This document shows positions 39,606 through 52,615 of a DNA stretch of 64,000 bases, piece by piece; the first letter of the stretch is position 1; every line of letters begins with the position of its first letter. The position numbers and the translations under genes were made by a program. Below the pieces are notes generated by a model. It searched no databases and was not told the origin of the DNA. It saw nothing but the letters and a program-made list of their open reading frames with translations. The stretch comes from Camelus dromedarius (lineage: Eukaryota): assembly GCF_036321535.1 (NCBI RefSeq), contig NC_087437.1, positions 97,962,001 to 98,026,000 of the forward strand, read 5' to 3'.

Positions 39606-41134
39606 TACTTCTCAAAGCAATATATGTATAGCAAAGCTCAAGCCATCATTTCTGGAGGGGCTCCCAGGTGGGAAAGAGGAAGAGAGAAGTCCTTGACTCT
39701 GTACATGCTTCTAGTTCATCTGAAAAATTAATCTACAGTATAAAATAAGCCCACCTACAGTATTGCACTCACTTAGAATAATGAAACTGTTCAGAACTTT
39801 GTACATAACAGATATATAACAAAAGCATGTATGTACTAAGATAAATTATGCTAATTAATTATTCTAACTTAATGCTTGATTAAGTTGTGATGATTTAATT
39901 AATGCTTAGCTGGAGCTCCACACAAAGTTGGGATTAAAGTATGAATGAAGGGTATTGGGATGGGCAAACCAATTGGTCTTTCTCTTTATTCATATCTGAG
40001 ACTAAGACTGCAGGCTGCCAGTTATTGGCAAGAGTAGAAAACTACACAGGAGTATTTTTTTGTAAAAAAAAAGTTGATTTCTTTGCAAATACATTGTCTT
40101 CATTTAAGAGTAATAGTTACTCTTTTGAGACTTACAGTTTTCTACCCTAGAGAGGACATTATAAATTCTGATATTTTTGCCATTTTAGGAGTCTACCCTC
40201 AAACAAACAAAACATTGAGTCTGCTACTAAAAATATTTTTCCTGATACTCTGTGAATGTGTATTCTTCCATCTAAAACACAAACTGTATTTATAATTGTA
40301 GAATTTAATGTGATTAAAAGATCTGGTCTTTATGATTTATGATAGTCTGCCCATCTGACCCTGTGAGTTGTTTATCTAGTTTTTCCTGCTTTAGTTAAAT
40401 CCTGGGCAAGATGGGATCAGCTAAACAGACCTAGAAAATCCCCAGAAGCTCGAGGGGAAGTTACTAAGCATGGCAGCCCTCTGCTGCATCCTTCTTATTA
40501 ACCTTTAAACTTATAAAAAGTATACATTTCAGAAAAGCCCACAGGTCACAAGCAAAAATCCAATTTCATTTTAGATTAAGGCCCTTGATGGAAACAGTAA
40601 TATTTGATACTCAGTGGTAACTATGGGGTTCTGACTGTGTCCTACGAGAGCTCCACAAATGTCCCTGTAGGCAGCACCAGCAGTAGTGCACTGGTATGGT
40701 GTTATAGGGAAGGTGAAAGCTACCTGAGTTAAAATGTTTTCAGTTTCGTACCTTCTCCTGCCCTCCCCCTCAGTGCTTACTTGGCTGCAAGCATCCTTTT
40801 TCCAAGACCTGAACTTAAGACTTCAAATCATTTCATAGAAACAACTAAAGAGCTAACTGTAGGGAATAATGTTTTCCTCATTCTCCAGCTTATCTTACTC
40901 TGATATGATACTATGAAAGAGGTAAAGAGAAGAACTGAGTGCTCTGAATGTTAAATAATAACATTAATACTTCACAGCTTATAATAATTATTGATTAACA
41001 TTAGTTTGATGTTGACAGTATAGGAAAGTTGTAATTTCTATCCTTTTAGCTATAGCATTTTGTGTAACTAAAAGGAATAGTTTAACATCAATAAAATATT
41101 TTAACAGTAAACCTTCTATTTGTACTACTGTAAC

Positions 41135-41661
41135 AACTCCTCCCCTTGAGTGGAACAGGACTATGAAAATGGTGGATTTCACACCTGTGATTATATTGTG
41201 TTATATGACAGAGAGACTATGCAGATGTCATTAATGTCCCAAATTACTTAATTTCGAAATTAAAAGGGAGATTATCTGGGTGTTCATGACTTAATCATGT
41301 ATGATCTCTTAAAAATAAAAAAAGATTTGAAGCATGAATGAGCTTTTCTCCTGTAACCTTTGAAGGAGCAAACTGCCATGTTATAGAAAGGACCATGGCT
41401 GGCAACCCCAGGGGACTGAGAATGGCCCCTGGTTGATATCCAGCAAGAAAGCAGAAGCCTCAGTCCTACAACCACAACGAACTGAAATTCTGCCAACAGC
41501 AGGTGAGCTTGGAAAGGATCCTAAGTGTCAGGTGAGATCACAGCCTCAGTTGATATCTTGATTTCAACCCAGTGAGACCTTAAGAAGAGAATCCAGTGGA
41601 GCCATGCGCACATGTAAGGCCTACAGAACTGTGAAATAATACATTTGTGTTGTTTGAAGCC
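41135..41661 (+). mobile_element. MaLR LTR (MLT1E-like)
   Basis: Motifs aaaagggagattatctggg, cagtcctacaaccacaacgaactgaaattctgccaaca, cctacagaactgtgaaataatacatttgtgttgttt. Confidence 0.8.
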
Positions 41662-42046
41662 CTTGGAGCAAAAGATAACGAGAGAGGGGGTAAGAGTAAA
41701 AAGAGGGAATTCAGGAGGGAATATCACTGAGAGAAAGTTGTCAGGTTGCACATGGCATTTCCAAGTACCGACTTAAGTACTGAAGTTGCCCAGCCAAGTC
41801 TGGTTTTCAAGGCATTTGCTCTGCTGGACTCTTGCCAAATATTTTCATTTTCTCTCCCTCACCTTGGCTTCGTGATTCTTATTTCAGCACATACCAGGCA
41901 GAACTGAGCATCTCCAGCAATTTGTGAGATTTTTGGTTTTCAGAAACATGTAGACAATTTCTTCTCCCTTAGTAGTCTCTGATTCTGCATTATGTACGTA
42001 ATGTAACTTTTGCTCATAACCTCAAAAGACTGATTCCCCTATTCTA

Positions 42047-42436
<390 letters not shown>

Positions 42437-43927
42437 CTAAGCAGGGATAATGCTGAAGCATTGGATGCCAGCCTCCTGATGGGGCTGTCAGTGACTGAGC
42501 CCTGTTTCTGCCTCCCAGTCATTCTCCATCAGTGGCTTCTGTCCTCTTAGCCATTTCTGATATTTCTCCAGCCAGTCTGACCACTTTTTCCTTATTCACT
42601 CACCCAAACACCCTCTTACTTCAGTCTCTATGGTTCAATCCAGTAGCACATTGTTTTGAGGTTGGACACTTGCTAAAGAGGCAGACAGTATAGACCTGAC
42701 TCCCTGTATAAGACAGATAATTAATTTTGTACATGTAAGCAAAGACAGAAACCTGTAGCAGCAGTTTGATCTTTGTATCTATTGATCAGGAATGGTCAAA
42801 ACTTAAGACCACAAGTTTCTGTACAGCTTATCACAGAGTAGCAAATACGCTGCCTCTTACTTCCTAATGTGTACCAAAAGCCATTCTGAGGCAACATTTC
42901 TGTGCATAAAAGGTAGCATTTTTGCTTGTTGTGAGAGTGTCAGGGAAGGAGGAAATGTGTTCCAATGTCTGTATTACTAAATGATTCAAAACTCTTCTAA
43001 ACTGGGCTTTTAAAATGGCTCTGAATCCTTGTTCTAGGGTCCTTTTCCTTTCTGATTTTGAACCTCGGGGGGAAAGAGAAAAGAGATCCCATGCTTGCCT
43101 GGGGTCAAGCATGGCTCCCACTGGAAGTAATTCTGAGTCTCCCCACCACTCTAAGTTGTCACCTCACTTTCTCCTTCTGTGTGGCCTCCCAGTGTTCTGT
43201 TCCATGGTAGAGACAAGTCCCAGAGTCTCTACCATTCATTCTAATACTTATGGAAATAAGGTAAAGATCCTTAGAGATGCTCCATTTTTTATATGGAGTT
43301 GTGCAGAAGAAAGATGAGTTGCGTCTGATCACAGAAATGAAGCTGTATATGCTGCCAGCTAAGTAGACCACCATCTCTCTACACCCTCCCTTCCATGACC
43401 ACCCCAGGCTCTGACTTTTCATGGTGTAATTGAATTAATAAAATTCTACCCACATTCAGTATCACAATTTTGAATTTTAAAACTTCCAGCAGAAATGAAT
43501 ACTAATGAAATGTGAAATTCACACATGCAAAAATATATCCCTCTAATGTTTCTGTATTAGCTTTTTTTTTTTCACACAATAACTGTTCTATAGCCAATAG
43601 GAAAGTAGGAATAAAATTCAGCATATTTGAAACATCTGGTCTTTGTGATCCATCTTCAAATAACAGAAGCAGTTGATTCAAAATGAAACGAAAGTTAAAC
43701 TGCAAAAAACATTTTAAAACCTTGAAAAGATTAGAGGGATGCGTAACAGTGTACATATAAAAATTATAAGGCACTCTGTAGTATCAGTGGTTTCATCCAA
43801 ATGTTATAGCGAGATATGTGACTGAAATCTGAGTGACTTCTTTGTTAAAAATGATGTTTTTATAAAATTCTTGTTGAACGCATGCTGATTCCTTTTTGTC
43901 ACCTAATTGGACAGTTGGAAGGACAAA

Positions 43928-44105
43928 GTGAGAGAGGGCAGAACAGGAAAGAGTGAAAGAAAGAAAGAGAGAAAAAGAAAGAAACAAAGAAAAGAGGAGG
44001 GAGGGAGTAGGGAAAGAAGGAAGGTAGGAAAGAAGAGAAAAGGATAGAAAGAAGTAAACAGGGGAGGGAGAAGGAGGAGGGAGGGGAAAGAGACAGAGAA
44101 GAGGA
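43928..44105 (+). repeat. GA-rich low-complexity purine tract
   Basis: Almost entirely A/G over about 180 nt. Confidence 0.85.
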
Positions 44106-44481
44106 TTTTAGTTATCTGAATACTTCAAGTCATTTGAAAAATTCTGACTCAAGATAATGCTAGTTCTTCCCAGCACATGTTATTTTAGGTACTCAGGTTT
44201 AATCACTCACCATGTTCTTTTTGATGCATATCCCTTAGAGCCCTGCTGACTACAATGCTAAAAGTTTTAAAATAATCTATAACTCTAATATATTATGTAT
44301 CATTTTAAACAATAGCAACTCTATAGATTCAACACTTCCTACGTTTTTATTATTTCTCTCATCACGTAGCTGGAACCTTGTTTCTATTTTGACAAACAAG
44401 CCCAAGAGAAATAAATCTGCTATTTTTAATTAACTTAACTCAGACCTATCTAGGATCATGTCACTTATTCTGTAGCCTTAC

Positions 44482-44611
44482 TTGATGAGCTCTGCCCACT
44501 GTAGAGACTGTCCATGGAGTCACTGGCTTTGATGGAGACCTTCTCTGTATGGGTTCCAATCATGGGGTCACTGTTCCGATATGGGAGGGTATCCTCTGCA
44601 TCTTCCTCATC
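44482..44611 (-). CDS. SAMSN1: SAMSN1 coding exon (probably exon 4), 130 nt, phase 0-1
   Basis: Translates to DEEDAEDTLPYRNSDPMIGTHTEKVSIKASDSMDSLYSGQSSS plus one base (A). Acceptor is tttctgaAG and donor is GTAAGG. Confidence 0.95.
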
Positions 44612-45404
44612 CTTCAGAAAATCATATCAGAGGTTAAGTGCAAAGAACTGATTTCCTTGAGACTTTTTCTGTGTGCATTGATTTAACAAACAAGACATAT
44701 TTTAGCAATAAAATACTTAGGAATACATCAGCATAAAATACGAGTGTCATTAATCTTTAGTTCAACTTACAGCAAAACATTTTATGGTATACTTGGAAAA
44801 ATCCTTTAGATGGGACATTCCACATTATGGAATTTAACTGAAATTATAACAGTTCATTTTTGTAATTGGGATAAATACCATATCAAGACCATTTAATCAG
44901 AAATGTTAAATTTGTTAACATCTGTGCTTTATCTTTTAAATCACTTTTATTTCTTCATGCTGTCCTTATCATGTATTTACCACCATTACTAATCCTTTGA
45001 GATATGATATTACAAGTTTAAACTCCACATAGTTGCTTCATGTCAGTTATTTGCACCCTACCAGATCACTAGATATGAATAAAACATGCACACTTTGCAA
45101 TTCTAAAGCAAAGCTTATCTAAGAAGCTTTACAAATCTCATACGGTGCTTGCCACCTAGTCAAGTGAAAAGCAAATCTTGCATAAAAGTAGGAAAGACAG
45201 ACAATTTCAAAAGAAATTACATCTGCTTGAAAACATCTCACATGTTTTCCATATTTAGATAGTTTGAACAAAACCCATGAATTTCTTAATATTCATCAAA
45301 ATGTAATTCAATATTCCTATTTTTGAGCATTTCTAAACATCAATACAACCTCAGAATATACATATGATATACACTCAGTTTGAGTCTCTGCTTTTTCCAT
45401 TCCT

Positions 45405-47300
45405 TTATTCATCTGTTCAGTCATTCAACACAAGTTTATAGAACAGCTTTTAAGTACTTGGCATTGTCTTGGAAACTGGGGATACCATAGTAAACAAGAT
45501 AACAGGGTCCTACCTCTAATGAGGTACATTTTAGTATGTTAGGGCATGTGTGTATGTTTGTAGTGTTTGGGGAGATTTGTGTAAACAAAATGAGCAAAAC
45601 AGTTTCAGAGAATTATGAGTGCTACGAAGGAAATAAAACTGGGTAGTATGAGAGGATTAACTACTGAGATTAGGGTTGTAGGAAGGTTAGCTGGTTTAGG
45701 GAAAACAGCCCCAAAGATCTCCTCTGTAAGATTATACATGCTCTGAATTATTGATTTGAATGATAAGAAGATGTAACATATGATCTGGAGATAGTTTTCC
45801 AAGCAAAAGAAACAGCAAAAACAAAATGATTAAACTCATAACTAGCTTGGGTTATGCAGGGGAAAACAAGGTCAGCGTAACTGGAGCTGAGTGGGAGCAA
45901 GGAGAGTATTACGATATCAGCTCAGAGAGGCAGACTGGAGGCAGATCAGGAAGGTTTTATAGGCCACTTGTGGGACCATCGAAATGTACACTAAGATCTC
46001 TTGCTGCAGGACACTTCTTTGTTGACAGCCCCAACTGCTGCCCCTCTATATCAACCACTGTGTTTGTATGGAAGCCATGTTCCATGACTGAAACAGTGGG
46101 GCTACCATTTGCATCCATTCTGGTGGGATGTGCAGTTTCTCTAATGGAAAACTTTTGTTCAAGGACTTCCCATCAATCTAGCCAAAGCTTTCTCAGAACA
46201 GTGTTGAAGTCTGAGACTTGAATGATCCTCCTTCTTTCTTCCTCTCCTTTTATAAATGTCACACTTGCATTGTAGTCTGAAGGATTTCCTTGCTCATTTT
46301 TTCTTTCTCTTCTTTATCCTTCACAGGCATTTCCCCCCATAAAACTTTGGCGTTACTACTCCCTTCTTGGGGTCTACTTTTCAGGACTGGAATGAACATC
46401 TCATGGTAAGGGAATACATTGTGAGGTACTGTAAAATTTTAACCAAGGAAGTGTTGTGTTCTGAATTTGACTTTTCAAAGATCTTTCTGGCTTTCATGTG
46501 AAGAATGGCTTTTACAGAGTAAAGAGTGGAAGAAAGGAAACCATTAGGTAATCTAGGCAAAAGGGGTTGGTTACTTAGTCTAAAGCAAGAATAATTTACA
46601 TGGAGAAGTTAGGGGTTTTAGATATACTTTGGGGTTAAAAACAAGGGGATATGCTGATGGATTGTTGTAAAAAGTGAGAAGAAGGAATTTTGAATTCATA
46701 GGCTTTCTTCTTTCTCTCTTTCCTTCCTTCCTTTATTTCCAGCATCTACAGTTATGAGAGTGTTATCTATTTCTACTTGGAAGACTGGACAAGAAACAAA
46801 CTTTTTTTTGTAGAACATAGAGAATCAACAATTCAGTTTTAGATATATTAGGTTCTAGATATCTATTGTACACCTAAGTGATAATATCAAATAAGCAGTT
46901 GGTTATATAAGTCTAACAGATATGTAAAGAGATCATAGCTAGACATGTAATTGTGGAAAACAAAGTCACAATACTGGATGAGACCTCTTAGGAAGAGAGA
47001 CTAGACTAGGTAGAACATCTTGGAACAACCCTCAGGAAGACTCAATATTTAGAAGGAGAAGAAAGAAAGCAGAGCCAAGAAAGGAAACTATGAGAAAGAA
47101 GGAAAGAGAAGAATGCCCAGAGAAACCAAGAAAAGAGAATGTTTCATATCTAATGAAATCATCAATTGTGTCAAATACAGCTGAAAAGTCATGTAAGAAC
47201 AAAGAAAAGTGACCATTAGATTTGGCAACATAGAGGCTAATACTGATTGTGAGAACTGTTTTAATAGAGTACTGGGGCAGAAGGACCCAGGAGGGTTAAT
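45405..47300 (-). mobile_element. LINE-2, interrupted by an LTR
   Basis: Starts with the L2 tail antisense tcattcaacacaagtttat...ggcattgtcttgg. Also has agtgaccattagatttggcaacatagagg. Confidence 0.75.
45969..46398 (+). mobile_element. ERVL solo LTR (LTR16A-like) nested in L2
   Basis: TG...CA ends. Motifs gttgacagccccaactgctgccc, tttatccttcacaggcatttccccccataaaac, tcttggggtctact. Confidence 0.6.
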
Positions 47301-47304
47301 AAGA

Positions 47305-48320
47305 GAATAGATATAAAACATATAGAACAATGGAATAAAATTGAGAGTCCATAAGCCCATATATTTATGACCATATGTTTATGATCAGTTGATTTTCAAC
47401 AAAGATGCCAAGACAATGGCGAAATAATTGTCTTTTCAACAAGTAGTGTTGGAACAACTGAATATTGATATTCAAAGAATGAAGTTGGACTCCTATCACA
47501 CACCCTATAGAAAGTTCATGGATAATACACCAAAATTTAAGAGCTAAAACTATAAAACTCTTAGAAGAAAACATAGAAGTAGATCTTTGTAACCTTAGAT
47601 TAAGCAATGGTTCCTTAAATACAATACTGAAAGCACAACTGATGGAAGAAAAAATAAATTGAACTACATCAAAGTTACAATCATTTTTGCTGTGATACCA
47701 TCAAGAAAGTGAACATACAATCCATGAATGGGATAAAATATATCATATTACAAATCATATATCTCATAGAGGCCAGTATCCATAATATATTTTTTTAAAA
47801 GGCTTAAATGTCAGCAATAAAAAGACAACCCAATTTAAAAGCAGGTAAAAGATATGAATAAACACTTTTCACAAGAAGGTATACAAATAGCTAATAAGCA
47901 CATGAAAAGATTCTCAACATCATTCATCATCAGGGAAGTGCAAATCAAATTATAATGAGAATCCACACCGATTATGCTGGCCTGCGTCAAAAAGACAGGC
48001 AATAACACGTGCTGACAAGCATGTGGAGAAAGTGGAACTCTCACGCATTGCTAGTGGGAATGCAAAATGATGCACCTGCTTTGGGAAATAGTTTTTCAGT
48101 TTCTCAGAGTATCAGACTGTCACCATATACCCAAGAGAAGTGAAAGAAAATTTCCACATAGAAACTTGCACACAAATTTTCATAGCAGCATCATTTATAG
48201 CAGTCCCACTGTGGAAACAACCCAAATGTTTATCAACTGATGAAAGGGTAAATAAAATGAGACTTATCTGTAAAGTGGAATGTCATTTGACAATAAAAAG
48301 AATTGCAGTACTAATGTTAT
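47305..48320 (+). mobile_element. Decayed LINE-1 ORF2 3' end and 3'UTR
   Basis: Motifs actataaaactcttagaagaaaacataga, gctaataagcacatgaaaagattctcaacatca, ggaaacaacccaaatgt. Confidence 0.88.
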
Positions 48321-48542
48321 AACAGAAATGACAAATGTGATATTTCTGAGCCTGTTTCCTGTATTAAAATGTGAGTAATAATACTTTCTTCCATCCAACT
48401 TCTGCACACAAATATTGATGAAGGAAATAGTCTGAAGTCCTTCATAAACCACCAAGTACTTCCATATCTAGAAGAAGAACTTATTGAATATTTTAATCAA
48501 AAATTAATAGGAAAATACAGGCGATTAACAGAGTACACTTAC

Positions 48543-48692
48543 CTTTTCCTCAGAGAGGGCTTTAATGTATTTTTTACCCGTTTTTTTCTTCATTGTCCAG
48601 GAAATAGCTCTCATTTTTTTACCTAAGCCCCTTCCATTATTTGAAGTTTTGTTTTGTTCTCCACTTTCATTTATAGGTTCCCCTTCATGTAC
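48543..48692 (-). CDS. SAMSN1: SAMSN1 coding exon (probably exon 3), 150 nt, phase 0-0
   Basis: Translates to VHEGEPINESGEQNKTSNNGRGLGKKMRAISWTMKKKTGKKYIKALSEEK. Acceptor is ctgattAG and donor is GTAAGT. LGKKMRAISWTMKKK is the conserved SLY-family basic segment. Confidence 0.95.
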
Positions 48693-49585
48693 CTAATCAG
48701 AATTGTTTACAAAAGACAAAATAGTAAAGCAATGAAAAGCATTGATCTGAAAGCATTGTTAGGAGATTGCAAATTGGTGGGCTTCCTATACATTCTGTGC
48801 AGCAGCCTCCAAAATTTCAAGCTATCTGGACATAATACATATTTTTAAAGTTGTCTAGGCCTAGTTACCTCTGTTACAAACTCAGAATGTGAAACTTGTG
48901 ATGCTGAACGTCGTGAGCTTCACAGTTGAAATTATTAAAAAGAATTTAAGCTGTTTTTATAGCTGTATAATAGAATCACTTTAGTCCTTCCTATTTTTTG
49001 AGATGGACAAAATAGAATTAAATACTAGACATAATGAGTGATTATGTCCACTTACATGAGAGAGATTTTATCAGAGGCTTTAGGAAGGCTGTAACATCTA
49101 TCCATGCTGAATGTGCATGACAATATCCTCTTGCTTTTTATAGAAATTGAGATGGTCATGGCTATTTTTTAAGAAGTTTGGAGTTAATTAAATTCACAGA
49201 GAAACTGCAGTTCTTTGCTCTTACAGGTGATGAATACATGCACATTTTCAACATTCTCAAGCAATATTAATTATGAACTAGTTCAGCCATTAGTACAGAA
49301 GTCTTTACCTGTTCCACATACTATGCTAATGAAATACCTATTTAGACTGCTTCTGACTTGTGCTAATTAAGAATCTTGTTAAACCAATGGCTTCTTCTCT
49401 ATCTCAGAATAAAACAAAGTTCACAGCCCACAAGACTCTATAACAACATAAAATAATGTGACATTATTATAATACATATTAAACTGTAATATACATTACA
49501 TTATATACAGTGTAGATGAAATAAAAATGTACTCAACACCTCATTCCTAACTGCTTCTCGCATTTTTCTTGCTCACTGTACATAG

Positions 49586-49702
49586 CAGTGGTTCTCAAAA
49601 CGCAGTCCCAAGGCTGGCAGCGTCGGAATCACTGGGGGACAGTTAGTGTTTTAACAAACTCTCCAACTGATTCTGATACATGCTAAAGTTTGAAAACAGC
49701 TG
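49586..49702. mobile_element. Internally deleted MER5A-like hAT MITE inside an L2 fragment (about 49540-50110)
   Basis: Terminal inverted repeats cagtggttctcaaa and tttgaaaacagctg. Internal ttttaacaaactctccaactgattctgatacatgctaaag. Confidence 0.75.
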
Positions 49703-52543
49703 CGACTAAGTGTTGTCATAATAGTCCCCTTGCTGTCTCTTTTATGTTCTCATCAAGGTTTATACTTGTTTTTGCCACTGGCTTCCCCTAGATATCCACA
49801 AATGTCTTCCTTCATTCATCCGGGTTTCTACTTACACACCAAGTAATAGGAGAGAAATTATCTGATTGATCACCCCATTTAAAATAGCCCACACTTGTCC
49901 ATAGTCCTTTTACGTTTACCCTGATTTATTCTTCTTCTAAGCACTTAGCATTACCCAATAATATATTTGTTTGTTCATTTTATTTTACTGCCTGCATCTC
50001 CCACTATGATGAATGCTCCATAAGAGACTATAGACTTTATCTGTTTTATTCATTCTGAGTGTCTAGAATACTTCCAGGAATATAACTGACCTTCAGTATT
50101 TTTTGAATAAACAAACCTGCTCATGTAGAACTTTGGAATTTTTTTTTTCAGGACATATTTGTGTTACATAGCCTTAATATCCCAGATTTGCAAGAAAAGA
50201 ACTCTGAAGGTCATCTTGTCTTGCACCACCCACCATTCCCAATAGGTAGGTTGTCAGTCATTCCCTGAATATAAAAAATCATGGGAAACTTCTCTTTAGT
50301 GAATTTGAATATTTTAATATGAGGGTTTGACCACACAGTTAACATCATTATTAATCAATATTATGTTTTGCTTCATGTCTTACCTCAAATTGCCTATGAT
50401 AAATATGAATGGACAGCCAATTTAAGCCCTCATTGCACTTTATTAATTTCTGCATTCAAGGTTATAAAGGCAAAGATTCTTTGCTTAATTCAAAAGCCCT
50501 GAATAAAATATAACTTAGAATCACTTTAAAATTTTAGAGTTAAGCTTTTTCTTCTCTCTTTCCTCTAACTTTTCTCTTCATTGTAAAATTACAAACTAAA
50601 ATAAACAAGAAATTATTTTATTACTATGTTAACTTATCATCACCTAAGCTTCAAAAAAAAGTACCACAAATATTTTTAATTTCAGATTTTCTATCTTTTT
50701 TTATAGAAGCTTTTAAGAAACTATTTCAACACATTTTAGTTTTAACATTTTTCTACGCTGTTCTCTTTCATAGCCTGAATCACCATTTTATTTAGATGTT
50801 TGTTTATATTTTGTCTTTGTTGTTATTTTAAGATGTCTCTCCCTCAACTCCAAGCTTCATGAAGTAAGGATTTTCACTTGTTTTGTAATAGTACTTTGTG
50901 AGTGGCTAAGGGAAATCCTGTTATACAGTAGATTCTCAATACATATTTGTTGAATGAATTTTGATGTGCTGAAAATGTGTGAACTACTTAATCAGGTTCA
51001 CTACACGCTTTCTCAGATTGCTAGGCCACCTTTACTCATCGATGAATCTGAGTGAGCCTGAGCAACTTTTGTAGGTTAACATTAGAATTATAAACTAAAT
51101 AACAGTAGAATATATCTATGTTTGATTATGGAAAGTTGAAGGTTCATACAATATGCTAACTGAAAATAAAATTATATTGGGCTTCTCACTCTTTATATAC
51201 ATATATTACATTGTATTATTTATAATTATGTAAATGTTGATAGATTATATAACTATCCACGAAGTTTATCTGTGTATATCCATGTATGTATACAAGTTTA
51301 TCCACAAGTTCATGTGGACATAAATATATAGATGGATAAAAGGAGATATATGTGATATATGTATATAAAAAGGGATATAGTATACACACATGCATACATA
51401 TGTACTAATGGAGGTATTCATAAAGTAATAATAGATGTCCTTTTCTTTCTACTTTTTTTGTCTAGAATATCCATTTCTGAAATATAAAAATATTTAAAGA
51501 TATTATAGATAGATGCATGTATATAGGAATTTGAAAAGTGTTCTGAGAAATAAGATACAATAAAAGGAATTCATTATAAAAACAAAAAATAAAGACACAA
51601 TATTTAGAATAAATAATTAAGAAGTGCATAAGATCTAAAACCTAGTGATCAAAAACAAAAGTATCACATGTAAGGTCGCTGAATCAGGTTCAATGATAAA
51701 CACATATTTTCACTTTTCTCAGTATATATCCCTCCCCTCTACTATTTTATTAGTTGTTATACCTTTTATTAATCCCTTATCACAGCTGGCTGGTGGTTTA
51801 TGAGATAGTATCATTGAATAGCAAACTTCGGACAAGATGTTGCATTCTGACTTTGTCATTTATTACCAGTATAATATAGAAGTAGTCTTCTCAAACATAT
51901 TTCTACAATGGTGAAATAAAAATAACGATAGTTCCTACTTTTAGGTAGGTAAAGTATTTAGTGTTGTGCTGCCTTCCTGGTAAGTGCTCAATTAAATGTA
52001 GCTATGATGATGATGATGGTGATGAAAATTTAATTTTATGGGGAGCTTTTCTTAAGCTACATTTAAAATGGTTTGCAAATGTATATGTAATGGTCACCAT
52101 TGAGACATTTCAAAGTGTACAGACGTGAGAGTGCAATTCAGCAGCCTATGCTCTCCTTAACAAATGGACAGTTAAGCCATTTAATCACTTCCTAAAATAA
52201 AGCAGTTACAACTTACATGAAATTTAATGTATATATTGTTTTATAGTGGAAATGCTCAGAAAATTTGGGATCATCTGTTACTTTAAAATGCAACTCTCTT
52301 CTTAAGCTGATGTTCTGCCTTCCCAAATGTCAGTTAGGCTTCTTAGGTAGCTTTTTACTCTTAATGCCCAGCATCATCATACTAGGCATTAAATAATTAT
52401 TCACTGATCACAAAAATATATGCAATGCTATGATTTTAAAATATCTTCCTTTTTCTTACTGTACTATGGAAAAATGATATTGACTTCATAATTTTTCATA
52501 ATGTATTTGTATAACATTCATAAAAATGGAATGAAATACCAAC

Positions 52544-52615
52544 CCCAGTTGGGTCATCTGGTTTTGATGTGGAATTACTCCGAAAACGATCAAAATTCCC
52601 AAAACTGCTGCTGCG
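52544..52615 (-). CDS. SAMSN1: SAMSN1 coding exon (probably exon 2), 72 nt, phase 0-0
   Basis: Hand translation gives RSSSFGNFDRFRSNSTSKPDDPTG. Acceptor is ttcccattttatAG and donor is GTTGGT. RSSSFGNFDRF matches the recalled SAMSN1 N-terminal 14-3-3-type motif. Not in the ORF track. Confidence 0.93.

Noticed and set aside
44612..44645. U12-type intron suggested by CTTAAC and a short pyrimidine tract
   Set aside because: The intron's donor is GTAAGT (U2 type), not RTATCCTT.
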